Positions 40,556-52,718 of a stretch of 64,000 bases of DNA are shown piece after piece. This DNA is from a plasmid. The position numbers and the translations under genes are program-made. The stretch lies in the sequence record NZ_CP143948.1; one strand, given 5' to 3'. Each line of letters starts with the position of its first letter. Position 1 is the stretch's first letter. Below the pieces are notes generated by a model. It did no database searches, was not told the origin of the DNA, and saw only the letters and a program-made list of their open reading frames with translations.

Positions 40556-41539
40556 ATGGCACTTACCAATGCTCAATATGATGAGATAATGCGAGGCTAC
40601 GATAAACGCCAGCTTCAGAACAAATACATACATGACAAGCGTATTGAGGAAGCCTATCGCAAGGCGCCCCGCCTCAGGGAGATTGACTCAGAGATTGCAT
40701 CCGCATCTGTCAGGCAGGCGTACAGGCTCATGGATGGTGATGAGAATGCTCTCGCCGCTTTACGCCTTGCAATCGAGGACTATAAGGAGGAGCGTGCTGC
40801 ACTGCTATCCACACTCGGATATCCGCTTGATTATTTTGAGCCTATTTACACCTGTCCGGATTGCCATGATACCGGGTATATAGATGGTCAGAAATGTCAT
40901 TGCTTCAAGCAGGCTATTATCAATACCGTTTATTCGCAGTCCAATATCAGGGAGATTTTATCAAGAGAGAATTTTTCCACGCTCTCATTCGATTATTACT
41001 CAGATGAGCAGAAAAATCCTGCGACAGGGCTGTCTGCTCTTGCCACAGCAAAGCTTGCAGTGACGAACTGTCATGAATTTATAGACAATTTTGAAAACAA
41101 ACCTAAAAACATATTTTTCTACGGTAATACCGGTGTCGGAAAGACTTTTTTATCTAATTGCATTGCAAAAGAGCTTTTAGATGCAGGTTACTCCGTAATT
41201 TACTTTACAGCATTCCAATTATTTGATATATTAAGCAAAGGTGTGTTTGAAAAGGATGCAGATGCCATCGCAGCGCACCAGAATATATTCGACTGTGATT
41301 TACTTATCATAGACGATCTCGGAACCGAGCTTTCCAACTCATTTACCACATCACAGCTTTTCCTTTGTGTAAATGAGCGCATACTGCGACAGAAATCTAC
41401 TATTATTTCCACTAATCTGAATCTGGAGCAGATAGCAGATATTTACTCCGAGAGAACACTTTCAAGAATTTCAAGCAATTATAGTTTTATCAAGCTCTTT
41501 GGAGATGACATACGAATTAAAAAGCGTCTTTCCAAATAG
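40556..41539 (+). CDS. dnaI: Helicase loader DnaI/DnaC (IstB-like AAA+ ATPase)
   Basis: N-terminal Zn-binding CPDCHDTGY...CHC. Walker A GNTGVGKTFLSNCIA and Walker B LLIIDDLG. Confidence 0.8.
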   Translation: MALTNAQYDEIMRGYDKRQLQNKYIHDKRIEEAYRKAPRLREIDSEIASASVRQAYRLMDGDENALAALRLAIEDYKEERAALLSTLGYPLDYFEPIYTCPDCHDTGYIDGQKCHCFKQAIINTVYSQSNIREILSRENFSTLSFDYYSDEQKNPATGLSALATAKLAVTNCHEFIDNFENKPKNIFFYGNTGVGKTFLSNCIAKELLDAGYSVIYFTAFQLFDILSKGVFEKDADAIAAHQNIFDCDLLIIDDLGTELSNSFTTSQLFLCVNERILRQKSTIISTNLNLEQIADIYSERTLSRISSNYSFIKLFGDDIRIKKRLSK

Positions 41540-41596
41540 CGCTTTTTATATTATATATTTAGTTTATTTATTATATGGTTATATGGAGGAATAACA

Positions 41597-42790
41597 ATGC
41601 CAAACGATGAGAGAATTTTGGAGACTATGCCAACCGGTACACTTGGACTTGTTGCAACCGACAGTTGTATAGGTCTTGCCCAGAAGGTAGATGCATACTT
41701 ACAGGGCTGGAGAGAGCACAGAGAGCACCAGCATGCTAACGAGAGTGCTTTCAAGGACTACTACAAAAACAGCTATATTATCAAGCCTTCTACACCTAGA
41801 TTCGGTTCCGGCGAGGCTAAATGTGTTATCAACCAGTCAGTTCGTGGTTATGATCTGTACATCATGGTAGATGTAACAAACTACAGTCTTACCTACACAG
41901 TATGCGGTCAGACAAACCACATGTCACCTGATGACCACTACGCAGACTTAAAGCGTGTTATCGCTGCAGCCGGCGGAAAAGCAAGAAGAATCACAGTTAT
42001 CATGCCTTTCCTTTATGAGAGCCGTCAGCACAGACGTACAGGCCGTGAGTCTCTTGACTGTCCATTGGCTCTTCAGGAGCTTATCAACATGGGTGTAGAC
42101 AATATCATCACCTTCGATGCTCATGACCCTCGTGTGGTAAATGCTATTCCTCTGAACGGCTTTGAGAATGTAATGCCTTCTTACCAGTTCATCAAGGGTA
42201 TCTTAAAGAACGTAAAGGATATCACTATTGATGCTGACCATCTTATGATTATCTCTCCTGATGAGGGCGCTACAAACCGTGCTATCTACCTTGCAAACGT
42301 ACTCGGAGTAGACATGGGTATGTTCTACAAACGTCGTGATTACAGCCGTATCGTTGACGGACGTAACCCTATCGTAGCTCATGAGTTCCTCGGAACAAAT
42401 GTGGAGGGTAAGGATGTTCTTATCATCGATGATATGATTTCTTCCGGCGAGAGTATGATAGATACAGCAAGAGAGCTCAAGAAGCGTAAAGCTAACAGAA
42501 TCTTTGTTGTTTCTACATTCGGTCTCTTTACAAACGGCTTTGCTTCATTTGACAAGGCTTACGAGGAGGGTCTCATCTACAGAGTAGTTACAACAAACCT
42601 TATCTACCAGTCACCAGAGCTTCTCTCTAAGGAGTACTATATCAGCTGTGACATGAGCAAATACATCGCATACCTCATTGATACATTAAACCACGACTGT
42701 TCTATCAGTGATCTTCTCTCACCATATGACAGAATCAAGAAGTGTGTTCAGAAGTACAATGACGAGCAGGCTGCAGCAAAAAATAAATAA
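41597..42790 (+). CDS. prs: Ribose-phosphate pyrophosphokinase-family protein, long 397-aa class
   Basis: PRTase-type fold with PRPP-binding loop DVLIIDDMISSGESM and flexible loop YESRQHRR. A rho-independent terminator follows at 42829-42867. Confidence 0.7.
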   Translation: MPNDERILETMPTGTLGLVATDSCIGLAQKVDAYLQGWREHREHQHANESAFKDYYKNSYIIKPSTPRFGSGEAKCVINQSVRGYDLYIMVDVTNYSLTYTVCGQTNHMSPDDHYADLKRVIAAAGGKARRITVIMPFLYESRQHRRTGRESLDCPLALQELINMGVDNIITFDAHDPRVVNAIPLNGFENVMPSYQFIKGILKNVKDITIDADHLMIISPDEGATNRAIYLANVLGVDMGMFYKRRDYSRIVDGRNPIVAHEFLGTNVEGKDVLIIDDMISSGESMIDTARELKKRKANRIFVVSTFGLFTNGFASFDKAYEEGLIYRVVTTNLIYQSPELLSKEYYISCDMSKYIAYLIDTLNHDCSISDLLSPYDRIKKCVQKYNDEQAAAKNK

Positions 42791-42867
42791 TTAAGCGCAT
42801 TTATAAAAAGCCGTGTGAAATTAATATGTACCCCTTTTACTGGATATCCAGTGAAAGGGGTATTTTT

Positions 42868-42954
42868 ATGCGTTACAGTTACGAATTCAAACCAAAGGCA
42901 GTCGAACTATACATGCAAGTAAAACGCATCAGTTTTTCTCAAAGTTTAGAATAA
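42868..42954 (+). pseudogene. 28-aa remnant resembling the N-terminus of an IS3-family OrfA / HTH transposase (MRYSYEFKPKAVELY...)
   Basis: Short ORF directly after the prs terminator. Its N-terminal pattern is typical of HTH transposase OrfA proteins; there is no downstream continuation. Confidence 0.3.
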
Positions 42955-43044
42955 TTATCTTAGTAATATAAAAAACCAGAGAAGTGAGTGTCATCCACTC
43001 AAATCTCTGGTTTAATTTAGTCTAAGATTTATACCGATTAAATA

Positions 43045-43569
43045 TTAAACTAACTCAAGGAGAACCTCTAAAGCTCCGTCACCTTTACGCTGTCCAATCT
43101 TAACGATTCTTGTGTAACCACCGTTACGATCAGCATACTTAGGAGCGATCTCATCGAATAACTTGTTTGTTACATCGATAGTCTTTGTTCCCTTCTTTGT
43201 GCCGTCAGACTCTTTAGCTGTGTAAAGAACCTTAAGCATCTGTCTTCTGGCATGAAGACGTGAAGCAGAATCCTTCTTGATCTTCTTCTCTACTTCGTCA
43301 TAAACAGTAACTTTCTTTCCGTCTACAACCTCTTTTACTCTCTTGCCATCTTTGTCCTTGCGGGCAACCTTAGCTGTTACAGTAACCTCTTCGAAGTTGT
43401 CTTTCTCTTTTACTGCTAATGCGATAAGACCCTCAGCGATCTTACGAACTTCTTTAGCCTTAGCCTCTGTAGTAACGATCTTTCCGTTAACAAGAAGCTG
43501 TGTAACCTGACCTCTGAGTAAAGCCTTTCTCTGGCTTGATGTTCTGCTTAACTTACGATATTTTGCCAT
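43045..43569 (-). CDS. rplQ: 50S ribosomal protein L17 (with a ~50-aa K/E-rich internal insertion)
   Basis: [19 protein letters not shown]...LHARRQ...[10 protein letters not shown]...LELV. Start trimmed to MAKYRK, with GGAGG upstream. Terminator at ~42975-43025. Confidence 0.9.
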   Translation of the reverse strand: MAKYRKLSRTSSQRKALLRGQVTQLLVNGKIVTTEAKAKEVRKIAEGLIALAVKEKDNFEEVTVTAKVARKDKDGKRVKEVVDGKKVTVYDEVEKKIKKDSASRLHARRQMLKVLYTAKESDGTKKGTKTIDVTNKLFDEIAPKYADRNGGYTRIVKIGQRKGDGALEVLLELV

Positions 43570-43835
43570 TTTAATTTCCTCCATTTGTGGGACATCCGGT
43601 CACGCTCTTCGGTCTTACTGCCAGACATCGTATCTTGTTGTGATAAAGCTTTGCCTTATTTCAAAAAGCAAATGCTCAAATCAGTTGCCACTCATGTATC
43701 AGACACGGTCACGCTCTTTGGTCTTACTGGCCCTGCCGCTATGAGTTTTGTCACACATAAACATAAATATGATATTTAAAATTTATATATGACCAATTTA
43801 TTTAGAAGAATCAGTGCAAGGATTATTCGAATGAA

Positions 43836-44795
43836 TTATTCCTCAGTCTGATTTAACTCTAAACCTAATTCTTTTAATTTTGCTAAAACTTCCTCTAAAG
43901 ACTTGCGACCAAGGTTACGAACCTTCATCATGTCCTCAGGTGTTCTATTGATAAGCTCTGCAACAGTGTTGATTCCTGCACGCTTTAAGCAGTTGTATGA
44001 ACGAACTGAAAGCTCAAGCTCATCGATGTTCATCTCAAGAACCTTCTCCTGAGCATCGTTTTCCTTCTCGACCATAACGTCAACCTGCTGTGCTGCCTCT
44101 GAAAGATCGATGAACAGATTTAAGTGCTCACTTAACACCTTAGCTGCAAGGCTGACTGCCTCGTCCGGCTCCAATGTACCATTTGTAAATACATCTAATG
44201 TAAGCTTATCGTAATCTGTAACCTGACCTACACGGGTATTCTCTACAGTAAGATTAACACGCTCAACAGGAGTGTAGATTGAATCTACAGCAAGAACTCC
44301 GATTGGTGTATCCTCGTTCTTGTTCTTCTCTGCTCCGACATAACCTCTGCCGTTAGTGATTGTAAGCTCCATGTAAAGCTTAGAATCTGCTCCACCATTC
44401 AAGTGTGCAATCTCTAACTCAGGATTCAAAATCTCGATATCTGAATCAACCTGAATATCGGCTGCTGTAACAACGCCTTCACCTTCGAATTCGATATATG
44501 CAACCTTTGGTTCATTTGTAGAACTATTATTGCGAATTGCAAGGTTCTTGATATTCATGATGATTTCTGTAACATCTTCCTTAACACCAGGAATAGAGCT
44601 GAATTCATGTAAAACACCATCAATCTTGACCTGGCTTACTGCAGCGCCCGGTAAAGAAGAAAGCATGATACGTCTTAAAGAGTTTCCAAGTGTTGTACCG
44701 TAACCTCTCTCTAATGGCTCTACAACAAATCTGCCATATGTCTTGTCTTCTGAAATTTCTGCGATTTCAATTTTTGGTTTTTCAAAATCGAACAC
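43836..44795 (-). CDS. rpoA: DNA-directed RNA polymerase subunit alpha
   Basis: Canonical N-terminal dimerisation domain and alpha-CTD ([14 protein letters not shown]). Confidence 0.95.
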   Translation of the reverse strand: MFDFEKPKIEIAEISEDKTYGRFVVEPLERGYGTTLGNSLRRIMLSSLPGAAVSQVKIDGVLHEFSSIPGVKEDVTEIIMNIKNLAIRNNSSTNEPKVAYIEFEGEGVVTAADIQVDSDIEILNPELEIAHLNGGADSKLYMELTITNGRGYVGAEKNKNEDTPIGVLAVDSIYTPVERVNLTVENTRVGQVTDYDKLTLDVFTNGTLEPDEAVSLAAKVLSEHLNLFIDLSEAAQQVDVMVEKENDAQEKVLEMNIDELELSVRSYNCLKRAGINTVAELINRTPEDMMKVRNLGRKSLEEVLAKLKELGLELNQTEE

Positions 44796-44885
44796 TTCAA
44801 ATTCCCTCCTTCTCGGGTATCGTTGTTATATGTTATCAAAGAGTGGATAAGCCGGGAAATAAATCCCCGGCAAATCAACCTAATT

Positions 44886-45479
44886 TTACTTAGAATATAA
44901 CTCGACGATGAGCATCTCATCTACAGGAACATCAATCTGCTCACGTGTAGGTAAGTCTTTTACAGTTCCCTGTAATTTCTCAGCATCTACGTCTAACCAC
45001 TCCGGAACGATTCTTCCGCCAGCTACCTCGACGATATCTTTCATTCTCTGAGTATTCTTTTTGCTCTCTTTAATTTCGATAACATCGCCAGCCTTTACAA
45101 GGTATGAAGGGATGTTAACAACTTTTCCGTTTACTGTAACGAACTTGTGATCAACGATCTGTCTAGCTTCTTTTCTTGTTCTTGCGAAACCAAGACGGAA
45201 AATTACGTTGTCAATTCTTGACTCAAGGATTGTCATAAGGTTAAGACCTGTTAATCCTTTCATCTGATCTGCTTTCTTGTAGTAGTTACGGAAAGGCTTC
45301 TCTAAAACACCATAGATGAATTTAGCTTTCTGCTTTTCTCTTAACTGAAGTCCGTACTCAGACACCTTTCTGTTTGCTCTTGTAAGGTTTCTTCTAGACT
45401 TCTTATCATATCCTAAATAACTTGGCTCTAAACCAAGTGATCTGCATCTCTTAAGTACAGGTACTTTATTAACTGCCAT
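44886..45479 (-). CDS. rpsD: 30S ribosomal protein S4
   Basis: Characteristic S4 N-terminus (LGLEPSYLGYDKKSRRNLTRA...) and S4 RNA-binding domain. Confidence 0.95.
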   Translation of the reverse strand: MAVNKVPVLKRCRSLGLEPSYLGYDKKSRRNLTRANRKVSEYGLQLREKQKAKFIYGVLEKPFRNYYKKADQMKGLTGLNLMTILESRIDNVIFRLGFARTRKEARQIVDHKFVTVNGKVVNIPSYLVKAGDVIEIKESKKNTQRMKDIVEVAGGRIVPEWLDVDAEKLQGTVKDLPTREQIDVPVDEMLIVELYSK

Positions 45480-45498
45480 TTTAATCTATACCTCCTGA

Positions 45499-45894
45499 TT
45501 AGACTCTTCTACGTTTTGGTGGACGACATCCATTGTGAGGTACCGGAGTAACGTCTCTGATTGATGTAACCTCAAGACCACATGCTGAAAGGGCACGGAT
45601 AGCTGCCTCTCTTCCTGAACCTGGTCCCTTAACGAATACGTCAACTGTCTTTAATCCATGGATTAAAGCTGCCTTTGTAGCTGTTTCTGCTGCCATCTGT
45701 GCAGCATATGGAGTAGATTTCTTTGAACCTCTAAATCCAAGACCACCGGCACTTGCCCATGATAAAGCATTTCCTTCAGCATCTGTTAAAGTAACGATTG
45801 TGTTATTGAAAGATGCCTGAATATGTGCCTGTCCGCGTTCAACGTTTTTCTTTACACGCTTTTTAGTTGTTTTCTTTGCAACATTCTTAGCCAT
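45499..45894 (-). CDS. rpsK: 30S ribosomal protein S11
   Basis: [16 protein letters not shown]...[14 protein letters not shown]. Confidence 0.95.
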   Translation of the reverse strand: MAKNVAKKTTKKRVKKNVERGQAHIQASFNNTIVTLTDAEGNALSWASAGGLGFRGSKKSTPYAAQMAAETATKAALIHGLKTVDVFVKGPGSGREAAIRALSACGLEVTSIRDVTPVPHNGCRPPKRRRV

Positions 45895-46018
45895 ATTTAA
45901 ACTAACCTACTTTCTACTTTCTAAACTTTATTTAAGTTATAATGAAGCTCTGCTTCTTCGTCCGCAGAACTAAACGCGCACTACGTTCAAGTGGCGTTTT
46001 CACTTATTATCTAAGTGA

Positions 46019-46387
46019 TTATTTCTTCTTGTTTGCTACTGTTCTCTTAGGACCCTTGCGAGTTCTTGCATTAGTCTTTGTCTTCTGACCACGAACCGGA
46101 AGTCCTTTTCTATGACGGATACCACGATAGCATCCAATTTCCTGAAGTCTCTTGATATTTAAAGCGATTTCTCTTCTTAAATCACCTTCAACTGTCATTG
46201 TCTCGTCGATAACAGCGCTGATTCTCTTAACCTCGTCATCTGTAAGATCTCTAACACGAGTGCTTGGATCAACATTAGCTGCTTCAAGGATACGGTCTGC
46301 ACTTACTCTTCCGATTCCGTAGATGTAAGTTAAGCCGATTTCTACACGTTTTTCTCTTGGTAAATCTACACCTGCAATACGAGCCAT
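46019..46387 (-). CDS. rpsM: 30S ribosomal protein S13
   Basis: [26 protein letters not shown]. Confidence 0.95.
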   Translation of the reverse strand: MARIAGVDLPREKRVEIGLTYIYGIGRVSADRILEAANVDPSTRVRDLTDDEVKRISAVIDETMTVEGDLRREIALNIKRLQEIGCYRGIRHRKGLPVRGQKTKTNARTRKGPKRTVANKKK

Positions 46388-46693
46388 GTGTGTTTACACC
46401 TCCATAATTTTTAGTTATTTACTATAGTAACGATACATCTGCAACTTGACGTATACTCTCCGAAACACATATGTATCTACAGCTACGGTTGCACGTCCTG
46501 AAATGTGTGTAGCCATATGCGCTCCCATATTTGCATTTTGTTCCATATCACTCGGTATTATAATATGAAACCAGAATGCCTCTGTTTATTATGAACAGCG
46601 ATGATAAATATCTCGCTGCAGCCGCACATAATGATGTGAAAAAAGGTTTAATAAACCAAACGCACAAATAACAGGGTCAAATATTTGTACTAA

Positions 46694-46807
46694 TTAACCC
46701 TGTCTCTGCTTATGCTTTGGATTCTCACAGATAATTCTGATGCTTCCTTTTCTCTTGATAACTTTGCACTTTTCGCAAATAGGTTTAACTGATGATCTTA
46801 CCTTCAC
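46694..46807 (-). CDS. rpmJ: 50S ribosomal protein L36
   Basis: GTG start, with GGAGG 7 nt upstream. [37 protein letters not shown] (37 aa). The ORF-track N-terminal extension is not real. Confidence 0.9.
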   Translation of the reverse strand: MKVRSSVKPICEKCKVIKRKGSIRIICENPKHKQRQG

Positions 46808-46929
46808 AGCAAATCCTCCTTTCTCTATAAAAGTCCTTTTCAGGTACTTTTCCAAAAGTGTCCAGATAGCATTATACACGGACACTTAAGGGAAGTCAAT
46901 ATATTTTTTTAAAAAATCATCTGTAAAAA

Positions 46930-47148
46930 TTACTTATCTCTCCAGATAATTCTGCCCTTTGTCAAATCGTATGGTGACATCTCAATTGTTACCTTATCTC
47001 CCGGTAAAATTCTGATGAAATTCATACGAAGCTTTCCACTGATTGTAGCTAAAATCTGGTGTCCGTTCTCAAGCTCTACCTTAAAAAACGCATTTGGTAA
47101 CTTCTCAACTACAACACCTTCAACTTCGATAACGTCTGCTTTTGACAT
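46930..47148 (-). CDS. infA: Translation initiation factor IF-1
   Basis: 72-aa S1-like OB fold ([35 protein letters not shown]). Confidence 0.95.
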   Translation of the reverse strand: MSKADVIEVEGVVVEKLPNAFFKVELENGHQILATISGKLRMNFIRILPGDKVTIEMSPYDLTKGRIIWRDK

Positions 47149-47195
47149 TTTGATTCCTCCTGTAAATAAATCCTTGGGTTTCGTTATGATTATTA

Positions 47196-47990
47196 TTAGA
47201 TTAGCTCCAGAAATCCGGCTGCTTTTTCATCCTCTGTCAGAGAAAGTATCTCCGGCTTTCCTTTTGTAATAAGTATGGTATTTTCATAGTGTGCCGACAA
47301 CGATAAATCCCCAGTAACCACTGTCCATTCGTCATCCATCCACACCACATGCGGTGAACCTGCATTAATCATTGGCTCAACCGCCAGTGTCATGCCCGGC
47401 TTAAGTCTGAGCCCTTTTCTAAAGCCCTGTGGTCTGAAGTTCGGCACCTCAGGATCCTCATGTAAATGGCTTCCTATGCCATGACCAACAAGGTCATATA
47501 CAACTCCGTATCCAAAAGACTCGGCAAGCTGCTGTATGGCTCCTGAAATATCATACAGTCTGTTTCCCGCAACTGCATTCTTTATTCCTGCAAAAAAACT
47601 GAGACGTGTTCTTTCTATAAGAAGTCTTGCTTCCTCTGAAATCTCTCCTACGCCTACTGTTCTGGCTGCGTCTGAGTGGTATCCTTTGTAGATAACACCA
47701 GCATCAAGGCTCACGATATCGCCCTCCTGTAAGATACGCTCATCAGTCGGGATACCATGCACAACCTCCTCGTTTACTGAAACACATATGGAGGCCGGAT
47801 ATCCGCAATATCCTAAGAAAGACGGCTCGCATCCATAACTACGAATCATTTCTTCGCCCAGCCGGTCCACATCCTTAGTGGACATTCCCGGTTTGATTTC
47901 TTTACCGAGCTGCTGATGAACGGCCGCCAGAATCCTGCCAGCCTCCCTCATCAGCTCTATCTCATGCTCTGATTTGATAGTTACAGACAT
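47196..47990 (-). CDS. map: Methionine aminopeptidase type I
   Basis: Metal-binding residues in DIVSLDAG...HGIGS...EPM context. Confidence 0.9.
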   Translation of the reverse strand: MSVTIKSEHEIELMREAGRILAAVHQQLGKEIKPGMSTKDVDRLGEEMIRSYGCEPSFLGYCGYPASICVSVNEEVVHGIPTDERILQEGDIVSLDAGVIYKGYHSDAARTVGVGEISEEARLLIERTRLSFFAGIKNAVAGNRLYDISGAIQQLAESFGYGVVYDLVGHGIGSHLHEDPEVPNFRPQGFRKGLRLKPGMTLAVEPMINAGSPHVVWMDDEWTVVTGDLSLSAHYENTILITKGKPEILSLTEDEKAAGFLELI

Positions 47991-47992
47991 TA

Positions 47993-48652
<660 letters not shown>

Positions 48653-48713
48653 TTATACAAAACTTGTTGATAGCACGAATGGAGATACTGAATTCAGTAT
48701 CTCCAATGTACAA

Positions 48714-50033
48714 TTAATCATCTAAAAATCCTTTATAGTATCGAACTCTCATCTGTGATTCAATTTGCTTCAATGTCTCAATAATAACTCCGACAATGAT
48801 GATGATTGAAGTTCCACCAAAGGATACATCTGCGTTGAATACTCCATTGAAGAATATCGGAACAAATGCGATAAACGCAAGTCCAATAGCTCCAATAAAT
48901 ACAATGTAGTTTAATATCTGATTTAAGTAATCGCTGGTTGGCTTTCCAGGTCTGATACCGGGTATAAAGCCACCTGAACGCTTCATATTGTTTGCAATCT
49001 CAAGCGGATTGAATGTAATGTTTGTGTAGAAATAAGCAAATGCTATAATCAACACAATGTAAACAATAAGTCCGATTGAATATACCGGCTCCTTTGGATC
49101 ACACCAGTTAGACTGTGATAATCCTTTTAATATCTTAGAGCCTATTCCATTTCCATTGCCTTTTCCAAGGAAGCTGGCAATGATAACAGGTGTCTGCATA
49201 AGAGACTGTGCAAAGATCACCGGGATAACTCCACTGGTATTTACCTTTAGTGGAATGCATGTCTGCTGACCGCCCATCTGCTTGTTGCCTCTTATTTTGC
49301 TTGAGTACTGTACAGGAATCTTGCGCTGTGCATCCTGAAGCAATACTACAAATACTACCATTGCAGCAATTATTGCTACTATGATAAGACCTGCAACAAT
49401 CGCCTTTGGAACGTTCGCTGCTGAAGCAATGAACTGTGACCAAAGTGTACTTAAATCCTCTGGAATACGTGAAATAATATTGATTGTCAATACTATTGAT
49501 ATTCCGTTTCCAACACCCTTTTCTGTAATACGCTCTCCAATCCACATAAGTACAGCTGAACCTGCTGTAAGTGAAGTAACGACCATAATAACAGTCAATG
49601 GTGTCTTTTCTGTAAGGTAATTTTGTCTGTAAAAACCAATTACCATCATGACTGACTCAAGAAGGCCTAATGCTATTGTAAGATAACGTGTTATCTCAAC
49701 AATTTTCTTTCTGCCATCCTCGCCATCGCGTTGCATCTCTTCAAGCTTAGGTATAGCAATTGTAAGCAACTGCATAATGATTGAAGATGTAATGTATGGT
49801 GTAATATTCAGCGCAAATACTGACATCTGTGAGAATGATCCACCTGTTATAGCATCAACAAAGCCTAAACCATCTGTTGATTTACTGTTTAACCAACTCT
49901 GAAATACGGAGCCCTTGACACCAGGAATCGGAAGCTCGCTTCCGATTCTGATGACAATAAGCATCATGAATGTAAAAAGGATTCTATTACGGACATCCTT
50001 TATTTTAAACGCATTACGGAGTGTTTTAAGCAT
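48714..50033 (-). CDS. secY: Preprotein translocase subunit SecY
   Basis: 439 aa and 10 TM. The position and sequence are conserved. Confidence 0.95.
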   Translation of the reverse strand: MLKTLRNAFKIKDVRNRILFTFMMLIVIRIGSELPIPGVKGSVFQSWLNSKSTDGLGFVDAITGGSFSQMSVFALNITPYITSSIIMQLLTIAIPKLEEMQRDGEDGRKKIVEITRYLTIALGLLESVMMVIGFYRQNYLTEKTPLTVIMVVTSLTAGSAVLMWIGERITEKGVGNGISIVLTINIISRIPEDLSTLWSQFIASAANVPKAIVAGLIIVAIIAAMVVFVVLLQDAQRKIPVQYSSKIRGNKQMGGQQTCIPLKVNTSGVIPVIFAQSLMQTPVIIASFLGKGNGNGIGSKILKGLSQSNWCDPKEPVYSIGLIVYIVLIIAFAYFYTNITFNPLEIANNMKRSGGFIPGIRPGKPTSDYLNQILNYIVFIGAIGLAFIAFVPIFFNGVFNADVSFGGTSIIIIVGVIIETLKQIESQMRVRYYKGFLDD

Positions 50034-50476
50034 TAGATCACCTCTGCTTTTCCACCAAGAGCTTCGATTTTCTCTTTTGCACTAGCACTGAAAGCGTTAG
50101 CCTGAACTGTAAGCTTCTTAGTAAGTTCTCCATTTCCAAGAATCTTTACGCCATCTCTAGGATTCTTAACGATTCCAGCCTCGATTAATGTCTCAACTGA
50201 AACTACTGCATCGTTATCGAATCTCTCAAGAGCTGAAAGATTTATAGGTACGATTGTAAGAGTGTTTCTATTCTTGAAACCTCTCTTAGGCAATCTTCTA
50301 TATAATGGCATCTGTCCACCTTCGAAACCAGGTCTTGGAGCTCCTGAACGAGCCTTCTGTCCCTTGTGTCCCTTACCAGCAGTCTTACCGTTTCCTGAGC
50401 CGTGTCCACGACCTCTTCTGAAATTATCACTATGAACTGAACCCTCAGCCGCTTTTAAATTAGATAAATCCATCAC
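50033..50476 (-). CDS. rplO: 50S ribosomal protein L15
   Basis: G/R-rich N-terminus ([22 protein letters not shown]). Confidence 0.95.
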   Translation of the reverse strand: MMDLSNLKAAEGSVHSDNFRRGRGHGSGNGKTAGKGHKGQKARSGAPRPGFEGGQMPLYRRLPKRGFKNRNTLTIVPINLSALERFDNDAVVSVETLIEAGIVKNPRDGVKILGNGELTKKLTVQANAFSASAKEKIEALGGKAEVI

Positions 50477-50496
50477 GGTACCTCCTTATTTTATTC

Positions 50497-50679
50497 TTAA
50501 ACTTCTTCTACTTTTACGTATGGTGCTACTTTGCGAACAGCTCCCTGTGTAGCTGCATTGTTTGGTAACTCTACAGTTTTGCCTAACTTAGTAAGACCAA
50601 GAGCCTCAATAGTCTTCTTGTTCTTAGGAACAGCACCGATTGTAGATTTGATTAATGTAACTTTAACTCTATCTGCCAT
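50497..50679 (-). CDS. rpmD: 50S ribosomal protein L30
   Basis: 60 aa; VKVTLIKSTIG... Confidence 0.9.
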   Translation of the reverse strand: MADRVKVTLIKSTIGAVPKNKKTIEALGLTKLGKTVELPNNAATQGAVRKVAPYVKVEEV

Positions 50680-50692
50680 TTTAGCGTTCCTC

Positions 50693-51202
50693 CTAACCTA
50701 AGATTTCTTCTACAGATTTACCACGAAGCTTTGCAACATCCTCAGGGCTTCTTAACTGCTTAAGAGCCTCGATAGTAGCAAGTACTACGTTCTGCTTGTT
50801 GTTTGATCCTAAAGACTTTGTACGGATATTCTGGATACCAGCGATCTCGCATACTGAACGTGCAGGACCACCAGCGATGATACCAGTACCTTCAGGAGAC
50901 TTCTTTAATAATACGGAAGCACCTGTATATTTTCCTGTTACATCATGTGTAATAGAATTGTTCTCGTCTAACTTAACATTTACCATGCTCTTGATGGCGT
51001 CCTCTTTACCCTTACGGATAGCTTCAGGAATTTCTGCTGCTTTTCCAAGACCTGCACCTACATGGCCGTTCTTGTCACCAACAACAACGAGAGCTGTGAA
51101 TCGCATGTTACGTCCACCCTTAACAACCTTTGTTACACGCTTGATGTCAACTACCTGGTCAACTAATTCTAATTGACTAGCGTCAATGATTTCACGTTTC
51201 AT
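50693..51202 (-). CDS. rpsE: 30S ribosomal protein S5
   Basis: [22 protein letters not shown]. Confidence 0.95.
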   Translation of the reverse strand: MKREIIDASQLELVDQVVDIKRVTKVVKGGRNMRFTALVVVGDKNGHVGAGLGKAAEIPEAIRKGKEDAIKSMVNVKLDENNSITHDVTGKYTGASVLLKKSPEGTGIIAGGPARSVCEIAGIQNIRTKSLGSNNKQNVVLATIEALKQLRSPEDVAKLRGKSVEEILG

Positions 51203-51214
51203 GTTTGTCTCCTC

Positions 51215-51583
51215 CTAAAAATCTAAGCCAGCTTCTCTTGCTGCTTCAGCTAATGCTTTAACTTTTCCTGCGTAAATAAAACCGCCTCTATCGAAGACAA
51301 CAGTTGAAATACCTTTATCTAATGCTTTCTTTGCGATTACAGTACCAAGCTTTGCTGCTGCATCTACGTTATTAGTCTTCTCGAGCTCTGCCTTGATATC
51401 CTTGTCAAGTGTTGATGCAGAAACGAGTGTATTTCCAACTGTATCATCAATAATCTGAGCATACATATGGTTATTACTTCTGAATACAGCTAAACGAGGA
51501 CGCTGTGCTGTACCAGCAAGATGATTACGCATTCTGTTATGTTTCTTTACACGAACTTCTGTTCTTGATTTCTTACTAACCAT
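51215..51583 (-). CDS. rplR: 50S ribosomal protein L18
   Basis: [18 protein letters not shown]. Confidence 0.95.
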   Translation of the reverse strand: MVSKKSRTEVRVKKHNRMRNHLAGTAQRPRLAVFRSNNHMYAQIIDDTVGNTLVSASTLDKDIKAELEKTNNVDAAAKLGTVIAKKALDKGISTVVFDRGGFIYAGKVKALAEAAREAGLDF

Positions 51584-51602
51584 TACTTGTCCACTCCTTT
51601 AA

Positions 51603-52142
51603 TTATTTTTTACCAGTCTTACCAACTTTACGTCTAATAACCTCATCAGCATATTTGATTCCCTTGCCCTTATATGGCTCAGGTCTTCTCTTATCTCTGA
51701 TCTCAGCTGCGTACTGGCCAACTTTTTCTTTATCGATACCCTTAATGATGATCTTGTTATCCTGAACCTCTGACTCAAGTCCTTCCGGATCCTCCATCTC
51801 AACCGGATGAGAATATCCTAAGTTAAGAGTAAGTTTCTTTCCAGCCTTAGAAGCTCTGTAACCAACACCGTTAACCTCAAGAGTCTTTGTATAACCCTCA
51901 GTTACACCAACAACCATGTTGTGGATAAGTGTTCTTGTTAATCCATGTAAGGATTTCATTTTCTTCAAATCATTAGGTCTTGTAACTACTACTTCTTCAC
52001 CCTCTAATTTGATATCCATCTCTGATGGAAGAGTTCTCTCAAGAGTACCCTTTGGACCTTTTACAGTCACATGATTATTTTCTGCAATTTCAACTGTTAC
52101 TCCAGCAGGAACTGCGATTGGCATTCTTCCTATACGTGACAT
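51603..52142 (-). CDS. rplF: 50S ribosomal protein L6
   Basis: MSRIGRMPI...GYSHPV. Confidence 0.95.
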   Translation of the reverse strand: MSRIGRMPIAVPAGVTVEIAENNHVTVKGPKGTLERTLPSEMDIKLEGEEVVVTRPNDLKKMKSLHGLTRTLIHNMVVGVTEGYTKTLEVNGVGYRASKAGKKLTLNLGYSHPVEMEDPEGLESEVQDNKIIIKGIDKEKVGQYAAEIRDKRRPEPYKGKGIKYADEVIRRKVGKTGKK

Positions 52143-52313
52143 GCCCGTACCTCCTATATTTTGATATTAGGTTAATAGTTATTTAGTATTTCTGACCTTG
52201 TGGTCAGGTTATACTTTAAGATGTTACTTGCTGTATCCCTACTATACATCATGGATGCATCGAATATGGATACGTGATGAAATATACTTAATATAAATTA
52301 AGATCTTTAGGGG

Positions 52314-52718
52314 CTACCAAACGAATGCTAAAACTTCGCCACCAACCTGAAGCTTTCTAGCCTCTTTATCAGTTACGATACCCTGGTTAGTTGAAAGAAT
52401 AGCGATTCCAAGTCCACCAAGTACTGAAGGAATCTCATCCTTGCCTGCGTATACACGAAGACCTGGCTTAGAAATTCTCTTGATGCCTGTAATAACCTTC
52501 TCGTTCTTATCAGCACCATATTTTAATGTAACATGGATTGTCTTGATTTTTCCATCCTCAACGATGTCGTATTTCTCGATGAATCCCTCATCTACAAGGA
52601 TTCCAGCGATTGCTACTTTAATCTTAGAAGCTGGGATGTCTACTGTATCATGTTTTGCAGTATTTGCGTTACGAATTCTTGTAAGCATATCTGCGATTGG
52701 ATCACTTGTCATCATCAT
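52314..52718 (-). CDS. rpsH: 30S ribosomal protein S8
   Basis: [14 protein letters not shown]. The exact start among the three tandem ATGs is uncertain. Confidence 0.9.
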   Translation of the reverse strand: MMMTSDPIADMLTRIRNANTAKHDTVDIPASKIKVAIAGILVDEGFIEKYDIVEDGKIKTIHVTLKYGADKNEKVITGIKRISKPGLRVYAGKDEIPSVLGGLGIAILSTNQGIVTDKEARKLQVGGEVLAFVW

